A DNA stretch of 63,704 nt, the filler included, from Lama guanicoe (lineage: Eukaryota), in NCBI GenBank assembly GCA_013239625.1. It is 99 parts of 99 records of this genome, joined end to end, with 100 filler letters (N's around TTAATTAATTAA, not from the genome) between each part and the next. Parts side by side here need not be neighbours in the genome. Positions count along the whole stretch, not along the records: positions 24,745 to 25,730 come from PNXV01027457.1; positions 25,831 to 26,256 come from PNXV01027458.1; positions 26,357 to 26,952 come from PNXV01027459.1; positions 27,053 to 27,597 come from PNXV01027460.1; positions 27,698 to 28,376 come from PNXV01027461.1; positions 28,477 to 29,132 come from PNXV01027462.1; positions 29,233 to 30,166 come from PNXV01027463.1; positions 30,267 to 30,744 come from PNXV01027464.1; 91 more parts are not named here. The stretch is one strand, 5' to 3'. The notes under the pieces were generated by a model. That model was not told the DNA's origin and did not search any database. It worked only from the letters and a program-made list of their open reading frames with translations. Below are positions 24,745 to 36,507 of the stretch, in pieces (the stretch's first letter is position 1; each line of letters starts with the position of its first letter). The position numbers were made by a program, and so were the translations under genes.

Positions 24745-25730
24745 ATGTAGAATATAGAATGTACAACACAGAATATAGAATATAGAATAAAAAATACAGA
24801 ACCCAGAATTTATAACATGGAATTCATAACACAGAATTTAGAATATAGAACACAGAATACAGATTACAGAAGGAAGAATATAGAATGTAGAACACAGAAT
24901 ATAGAATATAGAAGACAGATTACAGAACACAGATTTAGAGATGGAATGCGGAACACAGGATATAGAATATAAAATTTAGAATACAGATTACAGAATGTAG
25001 AATATAGAATGTAGAATTCAAAATATTGAATATAGAATACAGAATACAGAATATAGAATACAGAGTATAGAACACTGACATTACAATATGGAATACAGAA
25101 TAAAGAAACCAGAATTTAGATCATGGAATTCAGAACAGAGAATATAGAATATAGAATACAGAATACAGAATATCGAATGTAGAATACACAATGTATAACA
25201 CAGAATATAGAATGTAGAATTCAAAATATTGAATATAGAATACAGAATACAGAATATCGAATGTAGAATACACAATGTATAACACAGAATATAGAATGTA
25301 GAATTCAAAATATTGAATATAGAATACAGAATACAGAATATCGAATGTAGAATACACAATGTATAACACAGAATATAGAATGTAGAATTCAAAATATTGA
25401 ATATAGAATACAGAATACAGAATATCGAATGTAGAATACACAATGTATAACACAGAATATAGAATATAGAATGTTGAATATTGACTGAAGAACACAGAGT
25501 AGAGAATATAGAATTCAGAATACACAACCCAGAAATTAGAACATGGAATTAAGAATATAGATTACAGAATATAGAATATAGAATATACAATGTAGAAGAC
25601 AGAATATAGAATAATAGAAGAGAACACCCAACCCTGAATTTAGAACATGGAATTCAGAACACAGAAATTAGAATATTGAATACAGAATTCAGAATATAGA
25701 ATGCAGTATAAAGAATGTAGAACACAGAAT
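24745..25730. repeat. Heptamer-based satellite with an 84-bp higher-order unit
   Basis: TATCG marker at 25171, 25255, 25339 and 25423. Confidence 0.95.
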
Positions 25731-25916
25731 NNNNNNNNNNNNNNNNNNNNNNNNNNNNNNNNNNNNNNNNNNNNTTAATTAATTAANNNNNNNNNNNNNN
25801 NNNNNNNNNNNNNNNNNNNNNNNNNNNNNNGGTTTCTCTGTGATCATGGGCTGCTTCAAAATGAGAACGGTAATTGCCCGGACTGAAGTGTCTAGAAAGA
25901 ATGTAGTAAAGGGAAA

Positions 25917-25964
25917 TGCTGCAGTTATTCACCTTTCAAGTGCTGCAGTTATTCACCTTTCAAG
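25917..25964. repeat. Perfect 24-bp tandem duplication
   Basis: TGCTGCAGTTATTCACCTTTCAAG twice. Confidence 0.95.
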
Positions 25965-26356
25965 GGTGGCCAGAGAGAGCGTTAGTTTGAGACATCAAAG
26001 GGCTTACTGTACCTCTGAGGAAACGTGAAAAGCGCAAGTCAAACAATTCAACTACAACACAGTAATTACAAAATTACAATACAGGACATTGTGTGCCTTA
26101 TTAGATATCAGTACAAAAAAAAAAAAGGAAAATAAGAGAGTGAATGCTATACAAAGAGCTAGTGAGGAAATTGGAAATAAATCTAGGCCTGAGTAATGGT
26201 TATTCAAATTTTCCTTGGGGAAGGTGACTCACCACCTTCCCATCTGTAGACTGAGTNNNNNNNNNNNNNNNNNNNNNNNNNNNNNNNNNNNNNNNNNNNN
26301 TTAATTAATTAANNNNNNNNNNNNNNNNNNNNNNNNNNNNNNNNNNNNNNNNNNNN

Positions 26357-26952
26357 GCTTTGCAATAAATCCCAGTGAAATTGGCTGTCTCCCCAAGGTC
26401 AGGGAGGTATTTCTCAGAAATCCCCCTATCAGGGAAAACCTGTGACTGAAGAGAGCTGCGTGGAGTTGTATCTCGAGCTCCCCATGCACTGACAATGGTT
26501 CCGGAATCCTGAGCGTGGGGAGGTTCCACCAATGGTAAGCGGCGCGTGGGTTCTAACGGAATGACTAAGCTCGACTCCCCTGGGTTTTTTCCTAATGTCT
26601 CTGCCAGGGAATGCTACGGGGCTTTGCAATAAATCCCAGTGAAATTGGCTGTCTCCCCAAGGTCAGGGAGGTATTTCTCAGAAATCCCCCTATCAGGGAA
26701 AACCTGTGACTGAAGAGAGATGCGTGGAGTTGTCTCTCGAGCTCCCCCTCGCACTGAAAATTGTTCCGGGATACTGAGCGTGGGGAGGTTCCACCAATGG
26801 TAAGCGGCGCGTGGGTTCTAACGGAATGACTAAGCTCGACTCCCCTGGGTTTTTTCCTAATGTCTCTGTGCCTGGAAATGCTAGGGGGGTTTGCAGGCAA
26901 TCACAGTGACAGCGGCTGCCTCCCCAATGTCAGGGAATTATTTCTCGGACTT
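26357..26952 (-). repeat. 267-bp family satellite
   Basis: Same family; adjacent near-identical monomers. Confidence 0.97.
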
Positions 26953-27232
26953 NNNNNNNNNNNNNNNNNNNNNNNNNNNNNNNNNNNNNNNNNNNNTTAA
27001 TTAATTAANNNNNNNNNNNNNNNNNNNNNNNNNNNNNNNNNNNNNNNNNNNNTAGAGTGTTAATATCAGCTAAAGGAGTTATGAAATAAATTGATGCAAA
27101 GCATATGAGATTGTTAGGGTCACTGGGGTAACATTCCTAAGAATAAGCTGAATAACTAAAATGCTTCCTTAATTCCTCCACTTCTGATAGAGTAACTCGG
27201 CCTTCATATTTCCCAGCTGTTTAAATGCTCTA

Positions 27233-27402
27233 GGGGGCAGGGTACAGCTCAGGGGTACAGCACATGCTAAGCATGCACGAGGTCCTGGGTTCAATCCCCA
27301 GTCCCTCCATTGAAAAATAAATAAATAAAACTCATTATCTACCCCCCAAAAAAAAACAAATAAATAAAAACAAAAAAAAATTTAATTAAAAATAAAAGAA
27401 TC
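27233..27402 (+). mobile_element. tRNA-derived SINE (camelid Vic-type)
   Basis: A-box-like CAGCTCAGGGG, B-box GGTTCAATCCC, A-rich tail, TSD AATGCTCT at 27224-27231 and 27403-27410. Confidence 0.88.
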
Positions 27403-27697
27403 AATGCTCTGACTTCCCCTACTCTTTCCTTTCTCTGTCTATCCTCATCACTGTCATCTCTTCTTCCCTTCTGACCGTCAATCAGCCAGAGGCACTTCCA
27501 AGCAAGTCCCGTCATAATGTCTGATGGGAGAAACAGATGCCACTCCGTATGGTTTACACGGTCCACAGGATGTGGCACAACCACTATGTGGACAGGTNNN
27601 NNNNNNNNNNNNNNNNNNNNNNNNNNNNNNNNNNNNNNNNNTTAATTAATTAANNNNNNNNNNNNNNNNNNNNNNNNNNNNNNNNNNNNNNNNNNNN

Positions 27698-28376
27698 TAA
27701 ACTAATTAAGAGCTTTAACTATATTAAGATGAAAACTTCTGTAAACCAAAAGTTGCCATTATAAAAAGTGAAATGAGGTGAGACAGGGAGGAGACACTTT
27801 CAAAGCAAACTACTGGGAATTTGTATCCTTCGAATTCTAAAGCATCCCAAGATCAAGAAGAAAAGAAATTTGAAAGAAAACTGAAGTAAGAGGGAGAAAC
27901 ACAAATGGCAAAGGTACAAGTGTGCAAAGATGGTCCCTCTTACTGGGGACGAGAGAAATAAAACACAAGTGAGGGTCACTAGAGGATCCGATCTCAAGCC
28001 TGCAAGAGTGGCAGATACTAACATGCTGATAATTCTAGGAATTGATGAACATGAAGATCCAGGTGAAATGACATTTACAACTGGTGGGAGGGTGATTTAG
28101 TTGTAACTTTGGAGAGCAGTTTGACAAAATCTATTAAGTGGACAATACAAATCCCCTATTATCCAACAACTCCTTTTCTGGGGATTTTCTCAGGAAAAAT
28201 TCTTGCAAGTGTGTACAAGTGAGCAGGTACAGGAAAGGTGACAGCAGCATTTTTGGTAATTGCAAAATTTACAAAAAACCTAAATATGTATAAAAGGTAG
28301 AATTAATAATTAAATTATAGTATATTTGTGCCATAGAATACAATACAGAACTGAAAGTAAGTACATTAGAGATTTA
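27698..28376 (+). mobile_element. Old L1M ORF2 3' fragment
   Basis: CTGGTGGGAGGGTGATTTAG...ACTTTGGAGAGCAGTTTGACA...CAGCAGCATT degenerate L1 motifs. Confidence 0.7.
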
Positions 28377-28490
28377 NNNNNNNNNNNNNNNNNNNNNNNN
28401 NNNNNNNNNNNNNNNNNNNNTTAATTAATTAANNNNNNNNNNNNNNNNNNNNNNNNNNNNNNNNNNNNNNNNNNNNGGACATACCCTCAC

Positions 28491-28614
28491 CTGACGAAGG
28501 TGAATGTAGACTGCAATCTGGAGAACTTCCGGAGCTTCCAGGCTCCGCTTCAGAATGCCGAGGACAAGGACAGCTTGGAAGCATGCTTCTAACTCGGTCA
28601 GCGGCATTCTTACA
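28491..28614 (-). CDS. Candidate 124-nt internal exon, gene unidentified
   Basis: Acceptor tttcccctgcAG, donor CAG|GTGAGG; open frame CKNAADRVRSMLPSCPCPRHSEAEPGSSGSSPDCSLHSPSS (a second frame is also open). Confidence 0.4.
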
Positions 28615-29232
28615 CTGCAGGGGAAACGGAGGCCCCCAGTCAAGAGCAGAGATGTTTCTGTCGTGTATCACAGGCCGTGCCTCGGGGACTCAGTGCCCTT
28701 CAGCAGCCCGGCCCCAAGCGAGGACCCACAGCGTGGCCCACCCAAGCAGGAGGGGCACTTTGCTTGACAAATCCCATCTCCGATGGGAGCAAGAGGGGCT
28801 GGTGGGGTTCAGTGAACCTGTAATTGCCCAAAGAAATATGCCTGCATTCATTCAAGTGATGCAAACAACAGTATCAGGCTATTTAACAAAATTTCAATTG
28901 TCAGTGGAAATTTTGCCATTCCTTTCCGCTTGTCTCCTGCACTCTGAGACAGGCTTAGGCTCTCTTACACCTGCAGCTCTGAAGCAATATTTGTGAAGTC
29001 ATTTTACTTTGCTGCAAGTGTCCTCACTCCCCGTTTCACATTTTCTGTCCTCTCTTAACAAAGTCGGATATCTTCCTGGATCTTTCCCTGAGTTCCTTGC
29101 TCCTCCTCCTCAGATCCTGGGATAAAGGACAANNNNNNNNNNNNNNNNNNNNNNNNNNNNNNNNNNNNNNNNNNNNTTAATTAATTAANNNNNNNNNNNN
29201 NNNNNNNNNNNNNNNNNNNNNNNNNNNNNNNN

Positions 29233-29890
29233 ATGTGTTTTCCATCTCTGTAATTCTTGTCATTTTTGAGAGTGTTAAATAAATGGAGTCATACAGTATG
29301 TAACCTTTTGATATTGGCTTTTTATCACTCAGTACAATTAATTCCCTTGAGATCCATCCAATTGTTGAGTGTATCGAAAGTTCATTTCTTTCCATTGTTG
29401 AGTAGTAGTATTCCATGGTATGAATGCACCAAAATTTGTTTCATACATTGAGGGACATTTCAGTTGTGTTGAAGTTTTGCCTATTACAAATAAAACTGTT
29501 ATGAATATTCATATATATTAACTTTTGTGTGTGGATAGGTTTTCATAACTTTGTGAAAAGTGACCAGCATTGCATCTGCTGTGTTGCATATTAAATGTAT
29601 ATTTAGGATGTATTTTTAAGAAGCTGCCAAGCTATTTTCCATAATGGCTGTACAATTTTAACGTTGTCAGAAGCAATATATGAGATAAGTAATTTTGCCA
29701 CATCCTTGGTATTGCCACCATTTTAAACAATTTTAGCTGTTTTAATAGATAACTATAGACTAATATCTCATTGTGATTTTAATTTGCAGTTTCCTAATGG
29801 CAAATGATCATCTTTTCATGTGTTTGTCTTCTGTGTATTCACTTTGATAAAAAAGATCTATGTCTTTTGCCCATGTTCTAGTTGTATTGC
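29233..29890 (-). mobile_element. Old L1M 3' fragment
   Basis: AAATGGAGTCATACAGTATGTA...GAGTAGTAGTATTCCATGGTATGAATG...TTTTAATTTGCA. Confidence 0.85.
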
Positions 29891-30266
29891 AGTGCTCAGC
29901 ATCACTACTCTGTGCCACATCATTCTGCCTCGTTGCTGCTGAGGGGGAGTAAGCGACTACTGGCCCCCCAGAAACTGCAGGATGGAGGTTGGGGGAGGCA
30001 GATTGCTGAGTAGCACTCCTCCCACTAACTACACCTACCTCAGAGCTGCCAGGTCAGGCTGCATGTCCAGTTCTGCATGTGGCCACATTGATTACACAAG
30101 GGGTTAGTTTTTTTGTTGTTGTTTTTTTGGTTTTTAGCTGGAGTAGGGCCAGTATTAAGAACAAGGNNNNNNNNNNNNNNNNNNNNNNNNNNNNNNNNNN
30201 NNNNNNNNNNTTAATTAATTAANNNNNNNNNNNNNNNNNNNNNNNNNNNNNNNNNNNNNNNNNNNN

Positions 30267-30744
30267 TCTGCATTCCATGTTCTAAATTCTGGGTTCTATA
30301 TTCTCTATTCAATATACTATATTCTGTGTGCTGCATTCTATATTGTAACTTCTATATTCATTATTCTGCATTCAATAATCTAAATTCTGTGTTCTGCATT
30401 CTATGTTCTAAATTCTATATTCAGTATTCTGTATTCTATATTCTATATTCTGTGTTCTGCATTCCATGTTCTAAATTCTACATTCAGTATTCTGTATTCT
30501 ATATTCTATATTCTGTGTTCTGCATTCCATGTTCTAAATTCTGGGTTCTGTATTCTCTTTTCCATATTCTATATTCTGTTTTCTACATTCTATATTCTGT
30601 ATTCAATATTCTGCATTCTGTATTCTAAATTGTATTTCTGTGTTCTACATTCTAATTTCTGTGTTCTGCATTCCATGTTCAAAATTCAATATTCAGAAGT
30701 CTGTATTCTATATTCTAAATTCTGTGTTCTGCATTCTATGTTCT
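30267..30744. repeat. Heptamer-based satellite
   Basis: Tandem TATATTC variants. Confidence 0.95.
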
Positions 30745-30844
30745 NNNNNNNNNNNNNNNNNNNNNNNNNNNNNNNNNNNNNNNNNNNNTTAATTAATTAA
30801 NNNNNNNNNNNNNNNNNNNNNNNNNNNNNNNNNNNNNNNNNNNN

Positions 30845-31323
30845 TTCCCTGAATGTGGAAGTCCGAGAAATAACTTCCCTTACCTTGGGAAGGCATCCTC
30901 TGTCACTGAGATTGCCTGCAAACACTCCTAGTATTCCGTGGCACAGAGACATTAGGAAAAAACACAGGGGAGTCGAGCTCAGGCATTCCGTTAGAACCCA
31001 TGCGCTGCCGACCGTTGGTGGAACGTCCACACTCTCAGCATTCAGGAACCATTGTCAGTGCGTGGTGAGCTCGAGAGACAACTCCACCCAGCTCTCTTCA
31101 GTCACAGGTGTTCCCTGAATGTGGAAGTCCGAGAAATAACTTCCCTGACCTTGGGGAGGCAGCATCGGTTACTGGGATTTCCTGCAAACCACCCTAGCAT
31201 TCACTGGCACATAGACATTAGGAAAAAACCCAGGGGAGGCGAGCTTAGGCATTCCGTAACAACCCACGCGCTGACGACCGTTGGTGGAACGTCCACACTC
31301 TCAGCATTCAGGAACCATTGTCA
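30845..31323 (+). repeat. 267-bp satellite
   Basis: Same family. Confidence 0.97.
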
Positions 31324-31984
31324 NNNNNNNNNNNNNNNNNNNNNNNNNNNNNNNNNNNNNNNNNNNNTTAATTAATTAANNNNNNNNNNNNNNNNNNNNN
31401 NNNNNNNNNNNNNNNNNNNNNNNTCCCTTCCCCGTGTGTTTTTACAGCCCATCCACCCACCACACAGGGATATGTCCCATGGCTATATGTGTCTTGGGTG
31501 GGCTGGTGGGTACTGGCACCTGTAAGTAGTGTAGCTGAGGCCTGAGGGCCTTGCTGGAAGCTCAGTGTCCAGAAGGGCTACAGAATCAGGATGTCTGGTT
31601 CTTCAGGGAGATGACACAGTGCACATTCCTTATATTACACCCCCCTCCAGGGGCACCAGGCACTGCTCCTAATCACCCATGTTTACAATTCTACTGTGAA
31701 GTGAGTTCATATTCTCAGAGAGTGGGCTAACCAAGAGCTCAAGTAGTTCATCCAGTCCAGGTCAGGCTCAGGTGGGGTCACGGCCCACGGGGCCTGCTGC
31801 ACATTGCTGTGCGGCTCCCCCCTCCCTACCCCCTGGAGACCCTCCTGCTCAACAAACTTTGTTGAACTGTTTCTTAAACGTNNNNNNNNNNNNNNNNNNN
31901 NNNNNNNNNNNNNNNNNNNNNNNNNTTAATTAATTAANNNNNNNNNNNNNNNNNNNNNNNNNNNNNNNNNNNNNNNNNNNNCTC

Positions 31985-32400
31985 GCGGACGGGTGACTGG
32001 ATGAAGAAGATGCAGTGTGTGTGTGTGTGTATATATATATATGTATATATACACACACACACACACATACACACACAGTGGAATATTACTCAGCTGTGCA
32101 AAGAATGAAGCCTTGTCATCTGGGGCAGCAGGGATGGACCTAGAAGGTATTTATTATGTTAAGTGAAATGAGTCAGGCAGAGAAAGACAAATACTGTATG
32201 ATTTCACTTATGTGTGGAATTTAAAAAAACAACACAAGTGACCACACATAGCCAAACAGAAACAGAGTCATAGATTTAGAGAATGGACAGGTGGTTGCCA
32301 GAGGGGAGGGTGGCGGGGGGACGCGGGAACCAGGTGAGGGCACCTGAGGGGTAGAAACTTCCAGGTACAAAATAAATGAGCCACTCGCAGGTATGGGACG
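31985..32400 (+). mobile_element. L1MA-type 3' end containing a (TG)n(TA)n(CA)n tract
   Basis: GGAATATTACTCAG...GGATGGACCTAGA...GAGAAAGACAAATACTGTATGATTTCACTTAT. Confidence 0.85.
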
Positions 32401-33087
32401 CCAGGGTGGGGAACACAGGCCACAGTAATGCAATGTCTTCCAGAAACAGAAGCAAAGGGCTAGAGCTGTCTGCCGTCCACCTAAGAGTGCTGCCTGCAGG
32501 TACTGGACATCTGTCCCTGACGGACGGCGGCACGCTGGGTATTTCCACGATGTTCCCACCATGACCACCGATGATTCTTTCAGGACCGTCCTACCAACAC
32601 ACAAGGTCCACACGGTCACTCCGCAAAGAATCTCACTCCCCATGGTTTTGCAATGTCTAACGTCAGGACACTAGAGGCAGTTTNNNNNNNNNNNNNNNNN
32701 NNNNNNNNNNNNNNNNNNNNNNNNNNNTTAATTAATTAANNNNNNNNNNNNNNNNNNNNNNNNNNNNNNNNNNNNNNNNNNNNAAAGAAAGAGAAGGAAA
32801 GAAAGGAAGAAAGAGAAAAGCTATTTTAAAAAACCAAAAAACAAGTAATTCTGCCCTATATTATACTTATTATAGAATCATAAAATATCATGGCTTGGAA
32901 CAGACCGCAGAACTTGAGCTCTACTCCTTCCCTCCCACCTCCACCTCTTCATCAACAAAGGCACCACCTATACAGCAAGCCTGAGGAACCCAGGTCTCCA
33001 AAAATGCACAGAACTACTGACCTGGCCCACTTGGCAGATTTTATACATATAGAAATTACAGGCCTGTGAAGTTGGGGGGGGGGACTG

Positions 33088-33674
33088 CTATTTTCAGCAA
33101 AGATATACTTCAGAAATAAAGGCAAAATAAAGACGTTTTCAGATAAAACCACAGTATAAAAATGGTAGTTTTTCAGCTTGAAGGGCAATTATACAAGATG
33201 GAAATCCAAAACATGAAAAATAGTAATGTGGGTAAATGTAAGAAAAATTTACTCTTTAAAGAATGTGATTGTCTATGGCAAAAATTATAACATTGTATTG
33301 TACAACTTACAACACACGTAGACACAATACAAACTTGTAACCTGTATAAATGACTAGCGGAGGTGAGAGTACAACTCCATATACAGTTTAAAGATTCTTA
33401 AAACTTCCGAGCGTTGCATTATTAACCCTTAGTAGCCTTAGACTGCAAAAAGGTAAGAATGTATGTTGCCTAGAAGGACCATCAAAATGATGCAAAATGG
33501 AATTTTAAAAAAAGGCAAAAAATAAATTAAAATAGAATTCTTCAAAAAAAATAATAGTTAACCCACAAGAAAGTGGGAAAGTAGGAATAGAGTAATAACA
33601 AAACAAAACAGAGATGGGACAAACAGAAAACAAATGATACAACAACATACCTTAACATCTAACCATATCATAAA
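33088..33674 (+). mobile_element. Old L1 ORF1 end and inter-ORF fragment
   Basis: CAGCAAAGATATACTTCAGAAATAAAGGCAAAATAAAGACGTTTTCAGA. Confidence 0.65.
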
Positions 33675-33774
33675 NNNNNNNNNNNNNNNNNNNNNNNNNN
33701 NNNNNNNNNNNNNNNNNNTTAATTAATTAANNNNNNNNNNNNNNNNNNNNNNNNNNNNNNNNNNNNNNNNNNNN

Positions 33775-34535
33775 GAAACTACAAAACTTTGTCAAAAGAA
33801 ATTAGACATAAATAAATGGAAATTCATCCCAGATTCATCGATTAGAAGACTTACATAGTTCAAATGTCAATAACACAACCTAAAGTGATCTGTAGATTCA
33901 ATGCAAAATCCCAGTGATATTTTTTGCAGAAATAGAAAAACTCACCTAAAATTCATATGGGATCTCAAGGGACCCCAAATAGCAAAAACAATCTTGAAAA
34001 AAAAAACCTGAAAATGGAACACTCTCACTTCCTGATTTCAAAATCTATCGTAAAGCTACAGTAATCAAAACTCCATGGTGGGTGGGAGGGAGGGAGGATA
34101 AATTAGGAGTTTGGAATTTACATACACACACTACTATATATCAAGCAGATAAACAGCAAGGACCTACTGTATAGCACAGAGAACTATATTCATTTCCTTG
34201 TGATAACCTGTAATGGGAAAGAATCTGAAAAAGAATAGACAGGGAAATAGATATGTAGGTAGCTAGATATTAGATATGCATAACTGAATCACTTTGCTGT
34301 ACACTGGAAACTAACACTTTGTAAATCAACTATACTTCAATTAAACGAAAGAAAAAAATACTATAATATTGGAATAAAGACAGATGTATAGACCAATGGA
34401 ATAGAGTAGAGAGCCCCAAAATATACCCTCAACTGTATGGTCAAATGATTTTTGACACGGGTGCCAAGACCATTCAATGTGGAAAGGGCGGTCTTTTCAA
34501 CCAATGGTGCTGGGAAAATTGGATATCCACATGCA
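33775..34535 (+). mobile_element. L1 ORF2 fragment interrupted by a younger 5'-truncated L1 3' end (about 34079-34358)
   Basis: ORF2 breaks after AAAGCTACAGTAATCAAAAC and resumes at TGGAATAAAGACAGA after an inserted 3' UTR with A-rich tail. Confidence 0.88.
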
Positions 34536-34635
34536 NNNNNNNNNNNNNNNNNNNNNNNNNNNNNNNNNNNNNNNNNNNNTTAATTAATTAANNNNNNNNN
34601 NNNNNNNNNNNNNNNNNNNNNNNNNNNNNNNNNNN

Positions 34636-35101
34636 ATGACATGATATTATATATTGAAATCACAAGGAATCCACAAAGGAAAAGTAGAGACAAAAGAAAA
34701 AAAATCCTATTAGAATTAATAACCCAGTCTGACCAAAATTGTAAGACACAAATCAATATATAAAAAGTAATTATATTTCTATTCAACAGCAGTGAATAAT
34801 TTAAAAATAAAATGAAGGAAACTTCTTCATTTCCAATAGCATCAAAAAGAATAAAATAATTAGTAATATTAAGAAAAATATGTGGAATACTGAGAAAAAT
34901 GTCTGAAACTTGTATATTGAAAACTAAAATACTACAGATAGAAGTTAAAAATGACCTAAAATAAATGGAAAGCTCTTCTGTGTTCATGGATCAGAAGCCT
35001 TATTATTGTTAGGATGGCCATTGTCCTCAAAATGAACTATAGATTCAGTGCCACTCTGGCTTTTTGGCAGAAATGAACAAGCTGATCCTAAAACTAATAT
35101 G
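34636..35101 (+). mobile_element. L1 ORF2 RT-region fragment
   Basis: Starts ATGACATGATATTATAT (FADDM motif region); degenerate. Confidence 0.85.
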
Positions 35102-35201
35102 NNNNNNNNNNNNNNNNNNNNNNNNNNNNNNNNNNNNNNNNNNNNTTAATTAATTAANNNNNNNNNNNNNNNNNNNNNNNNNNNNNNNNNNNNNNNNNNN
35201 N

Positions 35202-35417
35202 ATTTGCAGAATGTAAAAATGCACTTTCACCACTAGTGTCAGCCACAAAAGCAGAATTATAATTATCCACATTACCCCCTCCTTTAGAGTGCTTCTTTTT
35301 GAAATCTTCAACCAATGAAGATACCAGAGAGGCATTGGTAATCACAACTCTTCTTTTTATTCTCACAAAAAGTGGGAGAAAGCCTCATTTAAAATTTGGA
35401 TTTTGATAGAACTGCAG
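35202..35417 (-). pseudogene. HSFY: Heat shock transcription factor Y-linked, exon 2 start, with in-frame stop
   Basis: After acceptor cctttggctttAG reads LQFYQNPNFK*GFLPLFVRIKRRVVITNASLVSSLVEDFKKKHSKGGGNVDNYNSAFVADTSGESAF, matching remembered HSFY LKFYYNPNFKRGYPQLLVRVKRRIGVKNASPISTLFNEDFNKKHFRAGANMENHNSALAAEASEESLF; TGA at 35387-35385. Confidence 0.88.
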
Positions 35418-35782
35418 CTAAAGCCAAAGGAGAAATATTTTAGTAATATTTTAAACCAAAATACAAGACTATAATAAGCGTAATGTATAAAACCTCTGAT
35501 TTCATGTTTACTATGCAAAGATAATATCATCAAAATATGAACACAGCTAACGATATTTTGATATTCCTTATTTGGAAAATACACATTTTAAAAATATAGA
35601 CATCAAATTTAAGAAGTTAGCATTTGCAGTAAGTGTGAATGCCAATTTTCAAAAGCAGCTTTAATATATTTATTTAGATTTCNNNNNNNNNNNNNNNNNN
35701 NNNNNNNNNNNNNNNNNNNNNNNNNNTTAATTAATTAANNNNNNNNNNNNNNNNNNNNNNNNNNNNNNNNNNNNNNNNNNNN

Positions 35783-36243
35783 TGAGAATTTTCCTAATGT
35801 CTCTGTGCCAGGGAAACTTGGGGGATTTGCATGAATTCCCAGGGTCAGAGGCTGCTTTCCCAATGTCAGGGAAATCCTTTCTCGGACTTCCCCGAACAGG
35901 GAAAACCTGTGACTGAAGAGAGATGCTTGGAGTTGTCTCTCGAGCTCCCCCACGCACTGACAATGGTTCCGGAATCCTGAGCGTGGGGAGGTTCCACCAA
36001 CGGTCGGCAGCGCGTGGGTTCTAACAGAATGCCTAAGCTCGTCTCCCCTGAGAATTTTCCTAATATCTCTGTGCCAGGGAAAGCTTGGGGTATTTCCAGG
36101 AATTCCCAGTGTCAGAGGCTGCTTCCCCAAATTCAGGGAAATTATTTCTCGGTCTTCCCCGAAGAGGGAACACCTGTGACTGAATAGAGATGCTTGGAGT
36201 TGTCTCTCGAGCTCCCCCACGCACCTACAATGATTCTGGAATC
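35783..36243 (-). repeat. 267-bp satellite
   Basis: Same family. Confidence 0.97.
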
Positions 36244-36343
36244 NNNNNNNNNNNNNNNNNNNNNNNNNNNNNNNNNNNNNNNNNNNNTTAATTAATTAAN
36301 NNNNNNNNNNNNNNNNNNNNNNNNNNNNNNNNNNNNNNNNNNN

Positions 36344-36507
36344 TTAATAGAATGCAAAGAATCTGACTGTGAACTGCTTAGAGGAAAAGTTAGAAAAATG
36401 GAAAGTAAGGTTAACAAGCTGCAAAAAGAGCTTTTGGAAGCAAGAGAAATGCATTCACAGTTAGAACGTCAAAATGTGGCGTGGGAACGAGAGCTCTGCA
36501 GCCTGAG
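36344..36507 (+). CDS. Partial exon of an ANKRD26/CCDC144-family coiled-coil gene
   Basis: LIECKESDCELLRGKVRKMESKVNKLQKELLEAREMHSQLERQNVAWERELCSLR then GT donor at 36508; WERELCSLR is a family hallmark. Confidence 0.85.

Noticed and set aside
25081..25527. Hydrophobic ILYS/FYIL-rich membrane-like ORFs
   Set aside because: Translations of the T-rich strand of the heptamer satellite.
27233..27310. tRNA gene
   Set aside because: Degenerate cloverleaf, A-rich tail and TSD identify it as a SINE.
35735..36220. Recurrent ORF family (MGELERQL..., GARETTPRSSLQSQVFP...) across many contigs
   Set aside because: Translations of the 267-bp (89-codon) satellite; frames and stops vary freely between monomers.
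35202..36507. HSFY, satellite and ANKRD26-like exon as a gene cluster
   Set aside because: Three separate contigs joined by linkers; the order is arbitrary.
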